A stretch of DNA of 63,988 nucleotides, filler included, from Octopus bimaculoides (Eukaryota), in the NCBI RefSeq assembly GCF_001194135.2. It is 5 parts of 5 records of this genome, joined end to end, with 100 filler letters (N's around TTAATTAATTAA, not from the genome) between each part and the next. Parts side by side here need not be neighbours in the genome. Positions count along the whole stretch, not along the records: positions 1 to 17,422 come from NC_068991.1; positions 17,523 to 40,339 come from NC_068998.1; 3 more parts are not named here. One strand, 5' to 3'. Within the stretch, counting starts at the first letter, position 1. Each line of letters starts with the position of its first letter. The notes under the pieces are model-generated. The model worked only from the letters and a program-made list of their open reading frames with translations, was not told the DNA's origin and ran no database searches. A program made the translations under genes and the position numbers. Below are positions 12,451-24,702 of this stretch, piece by piece.

Positions 12451-12671
12451 ACAGCAGCCAAAGAACTACTGATTCTAAAACTACAAATAGTCCCGCATAG
12501 AAAAAAGTCCCGTACGACCTGTTGCGGTTTAGCTGACCATCTTAGAGGTATTACTAAATATAGATATACAGGGCAGGGAATCGTTAATTAGTAATAAAAT
12601 TAATAATTAACCGCTATCAATTAGAGAAAAATTTGTAGTTTTAGAATCAGTAGTTCTTTGGCTGCTGTTTC
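12448..12671. repeat. Perfect 41-bp inverted repeat, 142-bp spacer
   Basis: gaaacagcagccaaagaactactgattctaaaactacaaat (12448-12488) is the reverse complement of 12631-12671. Confidence 0.95.
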
Positions 12672-13904
12672 TGAATTCTCAGTATGTTGGAGAAGCAGGT
12701 TTCTGCTAATCCCTATATATTTATGATTATNNNNNNNNNNNNNNNNNNNNNNNNNNNNNNNNNNNNNNNNNNNNNNNNNNNNNNNNNNNNNNNNNNNNNN
12801 NNNNNNNNNNNNNNNNNNNNNNNNNNNNNNNNNNNNNNNNNNNNNNNNNNNNNNNNNNNNNNNNNNNNNNNNNNNNNNNNNNNNNNNNNNNNNNNNNNNN
12901 NNNNNNNNNNNNNNNNNNNNNNNNNNNNNNNNNNNNNNNNNNNNNNNNNNNNNNNNNNNNNNNNNNNNNNNNNNNNNNNNNNNNNNNNNNNNNNNNNNNN
13001 NNNNNNNNNNNNNNNNNNNNNNNNNNNNNNNNNNNNNNNNNNNNNNNNNNNNNNNNNNNNNNNNNNNNNNNNNNNNNNNNNNNNNNNNNNNNNNNNNNNN
13101 NNNNNNNNNNNNNNNNNNNNNNNNNNNNNNNNNNNNNNNNNNNNNNNNNNNNNNNNNNNNNNNNNNNNNNNNNNNNNNNNNNNNNNNNNNNNNTCTATTA
13201 ACTAAATGAATAAACTCTTCGACACGTGTTTTTTGTAATAATGTAAATGGTTGTTTACAAATTAGATGATACACTACTTAAAAATAAGAATAAAATTTAA
13301 GAATTTTTAGAATTCCATTTTGAAAGTGTAACTTCACTGTTTTACTGCTCCTCGTTTCAGGTTTACGATTCTCAGGCAACAATTACTCGAAGATCGAAGT
13401 TAGGGAACTAGTAATTATAATTTAACTCTGGTGTTATTCATGCAACCCATGGGCTAAGGGGGGTGGCTAGATGACGGGGTGGTGTTTTCAAAGGGCTGGC
13501 CTGTGCAACCTGAACACCTCTGCTGATCAAACTCCCAAATCATGCGCTCCCGTTGCGACATTGATTCTGCAGAACTGGGTTGGGTGTAAAAACCGACTTT
13601 GAAGGATAAATATAGATGTTTTTGAATCAGCAATATTGTATTCGGTTAAGTCCTATTTGAGGTGAAAAATCAAGAAACTGATTCCTTATGGGGTTTTACA
13701 TTCAATCAGAATGAAAAAAAAAATCGATGAACCGATTCCTTATAGGGTCTCCCAATAAAATAGGCTACACCCCATTTTCAACCATAACTTTTACCAATTT
13801 TGATGTATTTTGTTCAAACCTGATGCCAGCATTACTTTGAACTCATGAGATCTTTGAATGCTTTAAGAAACTTTGAATGTTACTGACTCTGAGTTAATAT
13901 TGCC

Positions 13905-13978
13905 CAAAGTCCAGTTCCAGTGGACCTAGAACCATATCGTTAGGAAGCAAACTTTTTACCACACAGCCACGCCTGCAC
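13905..13978 (-). mobile_element. SINE family B head
   Basis: ggaagcaaactttttaccacacagccacgcctg. Confidence 0.75.
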
Positions 13979-14449
13979 TTATTAAAAGCAAATATGAATT
14001 TAGGATCTTGCGAGTCTTATTATCTATGAGACTAATTTCCTCCAACAGACCGTTAAAGTATCCCAAATGTCATCTTTTAGCAATGATTCTAGCATAAATT
14101 TTAAAATTATGCATGGTTTTTGGCTATCCTATCATTGTTTATCGAATCACTCTTTGATATGCTTTCGTCAGTGCCTACGAAATTATAGCGTTTGCATACA
14201 TGTCTGCCTGTATGTATGTATGTGTGTGTATACATGCATGTATGTATGTATGTATGTATGTATGTATGTATGCATGTATGTATGGATCACATCTATAAAC
14301 TTGAGAAGTCACGTGCGTGCACATGATCGTGCAATGTTGAATGAAGAGACGCACCCTTCAGACAAGAGTTTGCAATCAGCATGTGTGCATATGTATTTGT
14401 ATGTATGTATGTATGTATGTATGTATGTATGTATGTATGTATGTGTGTA

Positions 14450-14480
<31 letters not shown>

Positions 14481-14883
14481 GTGTGTGTATGTATGTATGT
14501 GTGTATGAATGTGTGTGTATGTATGTATGTATGTATGTACATTCTCTTTGTAAAATTTTGTGTTTTTGCACATTTTGTATTTTGCAATGCGGATATGTAG
14601 GAAAGAGAAAGAGAGAGTGGTGAAATGGAGGGGGAGAGAAAAAGAGAGCATTTATTTGTGAATAATTGTATTATGCATGTGTGTAGACATGCAGTAATGT
14701 ATGCATAGAATGAGTGCAACTAAATCTTCATAAAGTTGATTGTAGTGTATGAAATGGTAATCAGGTCTTTAGTACACCACTTTGCTTTGATTTCAAATCC
14801 TATCGAGATAGATGGTATCTTTCATTCATCCGGTAATGATAACAATAATACGCCTGTCATGTACAGTTTATATCTATTTATGA

Positions 14884-15325
14884 CGGTAACCTGGCAGAAT
14901 CGTTAGTATACAGGACAAAATGCTTAGCGGCATTTCGTCCGTATTTACATTCTGAGTTCAAATTCCGCTGTGGTCGACTTTATCTCTTGTCCTTTCTGAG
15001 TCGATGAAAGTAAGTATTAGTTGAGTAATTGGGACGATGTAAACGACTAATAGCCCCCTCTCACAAAATTTCAAATCTGGCGCCTATTAGTAGAAAGGAT
15101 TAATACTATTGCTACAAAGGCGGTGCGTGGAACAAAACACTTAGCAGTATGTCTTCTGGCTTTAGGCTATGAGTTCCAACTAAGCCGTGGTCACCTTTCA
15201 TCCTTTCGTGGTGGATAAAATGCGCACACGTCGAGCACTGGGATGGAGGTGGGAGTCGATGTGTTCGACTAACAACTTCCCGCCAAAATTTCAGATTTTT
15301 TTGTTTCTATAGTAGAATGGCTTAT
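14884..15325 (+). mobile_element. Two tandem SINE family A copies (about 14884-15101 and 15117-15325)
   Basis: Both show the ttctgagttcaaattccgc / gagttccaactaagcc B-box region and the caaaatttcag...agtagaa tail. Confidence 0.75.
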
Positions 15326-15874
15326 CATTATTATTACTTGCATTGTTATATCGCTGTTTTTGGATAGACTTGTTCGATACATATTGATTCCATGTAAAAG
15401 TTCCTTCGACACTTGTCTTAAATCATGAGGTCCTTAACGGAATATTTTCCCCTTATTTTCTTTAACTGTCTTCTTAGTTTCAGTCCCAAGGATGCGGCCT
15501 TGCTGTAGCACCACCGTTATTTCTGTATTTTTCAAAATATTTTCTGCCAGAGACGTGTCAATTGTTACAATCGTCCAACTTTAAAATTTAACAACATTCA
15601 AGTTCTTAATTTTCTAAAGTTTTCTTTCTCACTTTCCTCCATTCTTTTACTACTTCCATCATTCTCTCGACCCCCTCCTATACTCTGTATCTCTCTATCT
15701 ATCGCTTTCTAATCGTTTCCTCTGCTTCACCATTCAATAAAAATTTCTACAAAACAACGTAAAAGTTAAACAATAAAGCAGAATTCTTATAAATTAAGAG
15801 CATATGCAGCCATATGTGTGTTCTTGCCCTTTCTGTGTCAGGCAGCAGCAGCAACAGCAGCAATNNNNNNNNNN

Positions 15875-15937
<63 letters not shown>

Positions 15938-16296
15938 TTTATCATTATTTTTTTTGTTGTTTTTCAATCAAGAAGCCTCGTAACAATTTCGAGATGCCGG
16001 TCAGTCGGTGCATTTACTCACCACTGGAAACATGATAAAATACATAAACACACATAAAAAATAAATAAAATCAACACTTTTAGATAAACTGAGAAAAGAA
16101 GCCATGTCTGCCGGTCTGTTCCACAAATCAAACAAGCAAATGTACTTAACCAATCGTATCGTCCAGTTATCTCATTTCCCATTACAGCCTCTTTCTGAAA
16201 AACAACTAAATTTACTAGTCATTTGGAGGGCAATATCTTCCGGTAAGTCATTCTGTTCTTAAATTTAAATGTATACATGCATGCGTACATACATAC

Positions 16297-16327
<31 letters not shown>

Positions 16328-16603
16328 CATACATGCACACAACATATTTCTGCATGCATGCATATTACAAACGTGTCAAACCGACGTACGAACACGAAAT
16401 ACGTATGTATTTATGTGTGCATATGCATGTGTGTGTATGTTTATGTATGTATGTCTATATACATACATATATATGTATATATATATATAAATATATATGT
16501 ATATATATATATACATATATATGTATGTGTATGTGTGTGTGTGCGTGTGTATATATATGCATGTATACATAAATATATATATATATATGTATATGTAGGT
16601 ATA

Positions 16604-16640
16604 TGTCCGATGAACGGGAACGTGAAACTCAGAGTAACGG
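16604..16640 (+). ncRNA. Minimal type-I hammerhead-like motif with a U4C core variant
   Basis: tgt-CCGATGA-ACG(GGAA)CGT-GAAA-CTC(A)GAG-TA-acg. Stems II and III are intact, the cleavage triplet is GUA, and stem I is 3 bp. Confidence 0.5.
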
Positions 16641-16674
16641 TTTTTTTGTTATATTTCTGCTGCTTTTAAATAAA

Positions 16675-16717
<43 letters not shown>

Positions 16718-17256
16718 TAGATATATATACATACATACATATTCATATATGTATATATATATGAATGCGTACACATACACATGCTTATATAATTCTTTTT
16801 ATATACATACATGCATATATACATACGTGCATGCATGCACACATACATACATACATACACACATACATACATACATACATACATACATACATACATACAT
16901 GCATACATGTATACATGCATACATGCATACATGTTTTTGCTCTTACTGGCAATTAAATACCCTCAACAAAACTGTTAGCTTGTAAGTAGAATTCACCTCA
17001 TTACAAACACTCGAACCAGTTTCCGCTTCCTCCAGCCACGTTTTACGTGCAGATATTGACCTGTAAATGTTTGCGAAGATCCCTAGCCGTATCTATCACA
17101 TCTATCTAAATTAACCGGTAAATTTCATTCAATCTCTGATAAATCATGTTTTAAAAATCGTACTTTACGTCATCCGTTTTTAGCACCCTTTTGTTTTCCA
17201 TTTATATTTGCTTGTTTCATTGTATCATCTATATACTATGTATAATAGAGACATAT

Positions 17257-17420
17257 AGGCGCAGACGTGGCTGTGTAGTAAGAAGCTTGCTTCCCAACCA
17301 CATTTCCGGGTTCAGGTCCACTGTGTGGAAGCTTGGGTAGTTGTCTTCTACCACACCCTTAGGCCGACCTTGTGAGTATATTTGGTAGACAGAAACTGAA
17401 GGAAGCCCGTCGTATATATA
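17257..17420 (+). mobile_element. SINE family B (5' half, runs into a gap)
   Basis: aggcgcagacgtggctgtgtagtaagaagc...ggtagacagaaactgaaggaagcccgtcgtatatat. Confidence 0.85.
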
Positions 17421-17466
17421 TANNNNNNNNNNNNNNNNNNNNNNNNNNNNNNNNNNNNNNNNNNNN

Positions 17467-17478
17467 TTAATTAATTAA
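17467..17478. other. Artificial TTAATTAATTAA scaffolding spacer (also 40384-40395, 55912-55923, 62409-62420)
   Basis: The identical palindromic 12-mer, with stops in all six frames, sits inside N-runs four times. Confidence 0.95.
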
Positions 17479-18834
17479 NNNNNNNNNNNNNNNNNNNNNN
17501 NNNNNNNNNNNNNNNNNNNNNNATATATATATATATATATATACACAAATGTTCTATATCTATTCGCGAACATTGATTTGCAGCCGCATGCCTATGCCAG
17601 AAATTCGATATATAAGCAGGAAAGTTATTTAAATTGGTAAAAAAAATCTCGATGATTCGCAGAGATGCAAAAGCAACGTAAATCTTAAAAGCTGTTTATA
17701 CTTCATATAACATCAAAGTGTAAAGATCAAATTTTAATTTCTCTTGATATGGCGTATATGTACATCGAGTGTTCCGATGTGTACAGATGATGCTTCTGAC
17801 ATATGAGGGAGAGAAATTGAAAGATTTATCTCTCTCGTCTATATCTATGACATTTTGCCCTAGTAAAAATAATAAAATCGATATATTTATTTTTCCTTTT
17901 AAGTTCAACTACCAAGAAATATTGGTTTCTTATGATTTAGGCAGCAATCCAGTATATTACAGTTATATATATGACCAAATTCTAAAGGCTCTGGTTTTAT
18001 AAACGGTATTAATATTTATAACACACTGTATCACATGAATTAAATCCTTTCCTATGAAAATAACTGTTGGGATTTATAACGGTCGAAAAAGTGGGTTTTC
18101 GTTTGTTTTCTCAGTCATATAGCAGAGGCGACGACAAAAGTGGTGAAGATATACTTACGTAATATTTCTTGTTCCAGGATCGAATATTTTACTCGGGTTA
18201 TATTTCTTGGCCATACTGGGAAATTCCTTGAAGGTCTTTCGTCGTAAGAATCGACCCAGTAGTTATTTTTCCTAAGCCTGGTCCTTATTCTATCGCACCA
18301 TTTTAATTGACTAATGAGAAGCTTCATGACAGTTTCAAAAGATTTATTGTTCATTCTACCATTGAATATCAAAGACGTGCCAGAGATTTATATGATTCAT
18401 TAAACAATGTCCAGTACCACTTTGGTGTTGCATTTTCAACATAAGAAAAAATTCTCCCAATGCTAAATAACTGATCTAGTCTTATATGATGGCTATAATC
18501 TGGTCAGTAAGAGCTCTGTAACGTATGTAACATACCGTCTGTGTTTATTGCATAAAATGGCTACAGAAATTGAATGGAAAGTTTAAAATTACTTGATGCT
18601 GAACAAAACACGGCCCAGGCGTCTAATAGTACGCTCACGTTTACCTGTTGGCTACACCTTAAAGGAGTTTGCCTTAAATCCTAACGAAATTAAAGGCAGT
18701 TAACATTTGAGTAATGTGGTCAACAGTGAAATGTTTAATATGCGGAAAGACGGAAATAGCCATGGCTGAAACGCCTTTGACCACGGTCTCGCTTATTCAG
18801 GATCAATTGCAGGGAAGATTCATCACAAAAATAA

Positions 18835-18835
<1 letters not shown>

Positions 18836-18892
<57 letters not shown>

Positions 18893-18950
18893 GCTGATGC
18901 TGCTGCTGCTGTTGCTGCTGCTACCGTTTCTGCTGCTGCTGCTGCTGCTG

Positions 18951-19010
<60 letters not shown>

Positions 19011-19027
19011 ATGTTACTACTACTACA
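18836..19027. repeat. Compound (CTA)n-(CTG)n-(CTA)n microsatellite
   Basis: Direct reading. Confidence 0.95.
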
Positions 19028-20604
19028 ATAAGTACAACAGGATCTACTGCAAACGGGAGCCTGTAATCAATCACACACCTTGCTAGAAATAGTTACCAAA
19101 TTTCACACAGATCGTTTACTATTGTTATTTTAAATATGGTGGATATTGCATATTGTTGTTCTTAGTATTGTTGTTGACAGCGGTGTATTGTCTATGGCGT
19201 CAATATCTCATCCTCACTGGGCTTCATTAGAGAGAATGGACGATACGCAAAAATCAAAGCAAACAAATACAAACAAAACTACCAAGAGTTCGTATTTAAT
19301 AGGGAATCTTTGAAAAATATTTTTACTGTAAGAGATGTAACCGTTAAAGTATCATCTGTAGTCTTTTTAGAGGAACGACTATTATTAACTCTATGAAAAT
19401 TAGCATTCCTCATATAAACTGATTTATTCTGAAAGAAAAAAAAAAACAATGGACGTTCAATTCCTGTTTCTGTTCTTCAGTTCGAAATAAATTATGTGTT
19501 ATTGAACTCAACGAATTCGTTTTTGTAGTTAGAACTTTGCCCACGTGACGATTCCGTGCATGTCATGTCAGCAAGAGATTCATCACGCGATTACTAGATC
19601 TGGTTGAATATGTCGATTTAAAAATAGACACATTGACAACGAAGACAGATAAAGTAGGAAGGTGCTTAGATACGACTGAAACAGTTTTTGATCATTAATG
19701 ATTGGATCAGCACTTACCTGGGGTTTAAATACATCAACAACAAAAAATGTAACCGATTTAGATTAATATTTACAGTTCGTAATAGATAGTAAAAGTTACC
19801 TTTTATCATAATTTAATTTCAAAAGCATAAAATTGAATAAGTTTAAAACTATGTAATTGTATTATGGAATTATTAGAATATCAGAAACATCAAATATTCT
19901 ACCGCATAAAAATATCAATTTTTGGCAGAATATGCTGAGATTTGTACTGCATATGTACCTAAGCAAAAATTCGTTCAATCATTAAATCACCATATTCTCC
20001 ACCCACTCTACACAACTAACTAACATCCAGCGATATTATAGCTGGTTCAATATATGGAATTAAAATATCAGCCATATTTTCAGAAAGAAAAAAAATAGAG
20101 AATATACAAGTTCCATTCATTATGAGCTGAAACGAAAACTAGCTTAATTTAATTACGAAATAATAAAAAAAAAGAACTAAATATTCGATTGCTGAAATTC
20201 CCTATAGATATGATTGTTCATTTATTTACCATTAACAGAAATTAGTGGCTTTGTAATTACTCTATATTTGCAATGATAAATTGCTACTGAAGCACCTTTG
20301 TTTCTGTCGAGAATTCATATCAGTAACGTATCTTGAATATTAGGAGATACGTTTTGCAACATTTGGATCCCTAAATTTGATAATCATTAATTTTAGTTGT
20401 GCAATTAATAATTAATACATTTTGTATAGACTTTCAGAAAAGGATACAGTTGCTAAGGCAACACTTAATATGGGTCATTTCAAGGAGATATTTTTGAAAG
20501 AGTATTTCCTTTTATGCTGAATTCAACGTAAAAGTAAAGATAATCAAATATCAGCAATTTGCATGTCTCTATCATACCAAAACACTTTCAGAGTGTAGCC
20601 TTAC

Positions 20605-20851
20605 CGTTGCTAATAGCCATACTGGATACGAGTCCTTGTAACGCAAACTCAGGGTAATGCGTATCCAGTCGAAACGTAAGACGATGCATGCATATCCAGA
20701 ATCCTAGACATTGCGGGTCTTCACCCTCTCGAGGACTGCTGATCACCAGCTTCTTTAGCATTAGCGTAACAATCAATGTTATAGAACTAAATTCTCCACA
20801 TATGTCTTCTAATTTTTCCATATCGTATCGATAAGTTTGAAGAAAACTGAA
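20605..20851 (-). CDS. Best candidate coding exon (247 nt, phase 0 to 1), product unknown
   Basis: Lies in the longest non-repeat ORF of the track (20588-21028). Acceptor ttatttactccgattgcag|TTC, donor AACG|gtaagg. Peptide FSFLQTYRYDMEKLEDICGEF...PQCLGFWICMHRLTFRLDTHYPEFALQGLVSSMAISN. No family recognised. Confidence 0.4.
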
Positions 20852-21864
20852 CTGCAATCGGAGTAAATAATGATTGATAATTAAGTATTCGCATAGAATA
20901 ATTCTTCGTGTGTGTATTTGTTTCCACATACCTGCTTTCTTCAATTCAACGCATGACGTTTTTGAAGATCTGACTACCCTTAAATATAACATCTCCACCT
21001 TATGAAAATTAAGTGATGCATCGAACAATGCATTTTGCCTTATAGCATTTTTTTCATCTCGTTAGGATTTGAGTTCATAACCTCTCGATGCTAAGTCTGT
21101 ATTTCATCCATTCGGGGTCCGTAATGCAAAGTACCAGTTCAAGCATTCGACACCATTTGGGTTATCTGTCTCTTAAATTTTCGGCATTGTGCCTGTGTTA
21201 AAAACAAATATATATATATATTAAGCTCCTACTGTATCATTTTGAAAATGCTCATTAGGAATTATTGATGCCTTTATGTGCTTCGAAATCTCACCTTATC
21301 TTTTTGTAGTGTTTCCTGCTTCTTGTTTTTCGCCGGATTAAATGTATTGACAGCCGAAAAATGTTCAAAGAATTCTTCATTACCCCGAGAACACGTGTGC
21401 GTGTGGATTTCAAATCATACAAACATTCTTTGTTCCCCTTCTGTAAGTATCAAAATCTTTGTTAAACCAATGCAAAGGTACGCTAATGAGATCAAACTGA
21501 TAAGCAGGTATCCTTCGTTATCTACAAACATTGATCAGGCTTCCCTCTGGTCACCATGTAGGGTAAATCTGAGAAATCAACATAAATATTTTCTGAAATA
21601 ATCTTCTCCCGCTTATTTCAAGAGAGTCTCTGATGCTTGTAAATTTTTGTTCGCTTTCTCCAAATAAATGAGAAAATCCGTTTAGTGGATCATCCCCTTA
21701 CAACATTAAGCACAGCACTTTGTAATAGAATTAGCCAAAGACATGGAATTGGCCCATTTTACTTATTTTCTAGGTTCATTTATCTTTATGTGATTATGCA
21801 AATAGCATTTGCCAAATATGGTGGTATCTCGTTTGTATATGTAATTCTGATTCGTTTACTCTTT

Positions 21865-22075
21865 TATTCTTTTACTTGTTTTAATCATTAGACTGTGGCC
21901 ATGCTGGGGCACCTCCTTGAAATATTTTAGTCGAATGAACTGATCAAAGAACATTTTATTTCTTATGCCTGGTACATCTACTGAAGAACTCTTTTGGAGA
22001 ACCGGAGACGTAAGCATACCAACAACGGTTGTCAAGCAGCGACGGTTGTCAGCGGTTATCAAGACACACAAACAT
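21865..22075 (-). mobile_element. SINE family B 3' part
   Basis: ttttacttgttttaatcattagactgtggccatgctgg...ggttgtcaagc. Confidence 0.8.
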
Positions 22076-22086
22076 GTATGTATACA

Positions 22087-22304
22087 CGATGGGGAGGCCT
22101 GAAATGTTCCTGAATTGGATTGAAAGAAAATACAGGAGAATCAGTTAATTATGGTTTTATTTAATACATTCCCTTCCCAGATTCCCACACTTATTGCAGC
22201 GGTCGATCAGTTTTTCTAAGCACTGTAAATGACTTCAGTAGATCAGGCCTCCAAGCAGCCCGTTCGTGATAACCTTAAACCAGGAACCTATCGACATCCC
22301 TTCG
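22087..22304 (-). mobile_element. Mariner-derived MITE with a transposase C-terminal relic
   Basis: Degenerate TIRs (cgatggggaggcctgaaatgttcctg / caggaacctatcgacatcccttcg|TA). Minus strand reads LEKLIDRCNKCGNLGRECIK*, like the mariner end G-x-E-K-L-x-x-R-W-x-K-C-V-x-x-x-G-x-Y-V-E. Confidence 0.7.
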
Positions 22305-22799
22305 TATGTGAACCTGCAGAATCCGACATTTAAAATCATTCAATAGATCATAGTGCATTTAATCGCAAAGTAGACGACTGTGGGATCTGATGTCAATGAT
22401 GATAGGGCGCAAAATTTCATTGAAAGACACGTCTTTCATGACATTATTTCTTATGCATCTATACTCCAATCGTCTATAGGTATAAGTCGCTATACACCAG
22501 TAATATACCTATAAAAGAATACAACAAATTTAGCTTCTAACATTCTTCATAGAAAAATGAAAAAAAAATCTAAATGAAGTGAGTCACAATTTAACTACAT
22601 AAAAAAACTGTATCGTTTAACCTATCAATAGCCCCCCACTGCTATTCATTAATTAAAGAAAAAAACTTTATTTTAACACCTGTAATAGGTTAATTGGAGA
22701 TTATAAGCTCCTACTATTTTCTTAATTATATTTCCTGTTGGTGTTTGAAATTAAAATTGTTTCTTTTTATGATTGTCTTAAATCTCTTTTTTTTTAATT

Positions 22800-22980
22800 A
22801 TTTATTTTAGTCATTAGACTGTGACCATGCTGGGGCACCGCCTTGAAGAATTTTTAGTCGAACGAATCAATCCCAGTACTTAATTTTTGTTCTTTAAGCC
22901 TGGTGTTCTTTTATCGAACTGGTAACTTACGGTGACAAAACAACACCGGTTGTCAAGCGGTGGGGTCAAACACAGGCGCA
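22800..22980 (-). mobile_element. SINE family B 3' part
   Basis: tttagtcattagactgtgaccatgctggggcaccgcc...ggttgtcaagcggtgggg. Confidence 0.8.
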
Positions 22981-22982
22981 CA

Positions 22983-23056
<74 letters not shown>

Positions 23057-23057
<1 letters not shown>

Positions 23058-23440
23058 TATTTTACTTGTTTCAGTCATTTGACTGTGGCCATGCCGGAGC
23101 ACCACCTTTATTTGAGCAAATCGACTTAGTCTTCGTAAGCCTAGTACTTATCCTATCGGTCTGTTTTGCTGAACCGTTAGATTACGGGGACGTAAACACA
23201 CCAGAATCGGTTGTCAAGCGATGTTGGGGGGACAAACACAGATACACAAACATATACACACACATACATATACATATATATACGACGAGCTTGTTTCAAG
23301 TTCTGTCTACCAAATCCACTCACAAGTCTCTGGTCGGCCCGAGACTATAGTAGAAGACACTTGCCCAAGTTACCACGCAGTGGGACTGAACCCGGAACTA
23401 TGTGGTTGGTAAACAAGCTACCTACCACACAGCCACTCCT
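23057..23440 (-). mobile_element. Near full-length SINE family B with an internal (CA/TA) microsatellite
   Basis: Head (ggagtggctgtgtggtaggtagc...ccgggttcagtccca), ttgggcaagtgtc core, microsatellite, then tail ending gaaacaagtaaa. Confidence 0.9.
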
Positions 23441-23449
23441 ATATATATA

Positions 23450-23600
23450 TGGCAGGTTTCTTTCAGTTCCTAGCAATAAATCCTATCACAAGGTTTTGAT
23501 TGGCCTCAGGCTACAGTAAATAAGCAGCAGTCCAAGGTGTCACAGAGTGGGACTGAACCTGGAACCCTGTGATTGGGAAGTAAATTCCTTACGACAGCGC
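23450..23600 (-). mobile_element. SINE family B head, second copy
   Basis: ccaaggtgtcacagagtgggactgaacctggaacc. Confidence 0.75.
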
Positions 23601-24355
23601 CTATACTAATACTGTAATAAACTTCTAATAAAAGCTTTATTATTTTCATAAACAAAATTTTCGTATAATTATTGATATCGTACATTTTTTGGTGTTATTA
23701 TCAGGGGACACACATTTCTGCTTTATGTTAGAAGATATTTTAATTACTACAACGCGTTTTCATTTGTATTTTCTTGTTTTATTGTGATTAACAACATTTG
23801 TATGTAGGGTTTCGTTCCATTGCGCTTGAAATACATCCGAAATTGAAAAATTTTATTAGATTTTGCGCTATAATTTAAATTTTACCACTATTTAAACATA
23901 AAACGCTCGATGTGTATGCATAAATATCTGTGCCTATATATATATAGATGCATAAAAATATACATAAACATATGTGTGTGTATATATGTATATACTGTAT
24001 GTATGTATGTGAGAATGGAAAAGTCTGTACATGTTTTAGAGAATATGACTTATTCATATTGAAACAGAGAATTCACCACGTGACTCAATTTTCCCGCTCT
24101 TCGAGACTCTCGCCTAAAGATTGCATTAGCGTAAAATTTGAGTTGAGTCGCGAAAAAACTCAGTTCAAATTAGAAACAGATTATACATGTATGTGTGGGG
24201 GGATGGAAAAGGAAGTGTGTGTATGTGTATGTGTATGTCTGTATGTGTGTGTATCTAAATATACATACATATATATCTGTGTGCATATGTGTCTATATTA
24301 AGACATACATTCGTGTGCAAAGTCTCATGACACAATTCAGTTGATAGTTAATATA

Positions 24356-24610
24356 CGAAGTCTGATCAATAAGCATTCGTACTGTTGTCATAGTAACGAC
24401 ACTAAAGCATGCAGAGTAAAGCTGCTTGGCACAGATTGACCTTGAACTCTTTTGTGCATGCGCACTAAGTTTTTACGTTCTAGCTCACTTCCGCTGCTTA
24501 CAGAAGGAATGTGTAGCGTTTGATCCTCGCATTGACAATGACCGAATAAGTTGTCATAGCGATACCTGGTCAGAGGCCAACGCAACGCTGCAGAAAGTGT
24601 ATGGAGGTGC
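24356..24610 (+). mobile_element. Mariner-type element 5' fragment
   Basis: TA|CGAAGTCTGATCAATAAG start resembles the TA|CGAGG termini at 28260 and 43611. The internal part resembles recalled mariner 5' regions. Ends at a SINE. Confidence 0.5.
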
Positions 24611-24613
24611 AAT

Positions 24614-24702
24614 GACCCACTTGCCCAAGGTGCCATGCAATGGGACTGAACCGGAACCATGTGGTTGGTAAGCAAGCCACTTACCACACAGCCACTTCTG
24701 CG
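24614..24702 (-). mobile_element. SINE family B head
   Basis: cacttgcccaaggtgccatgcaatgggactgaaccggaaccatgtggttggtaag. Confidence 0.85.

Noticed and set aside
13430-13860. Possible DNA-transposon remnant with repeated gattccttat motifs
   Set aside because: No termini or TSD could be defined.
17467-17478. Recurrent palindrome TTAATTAATTAA as a biological motif
   Set aside because: It always lies inside N-runs, so it is an assembly spacer.
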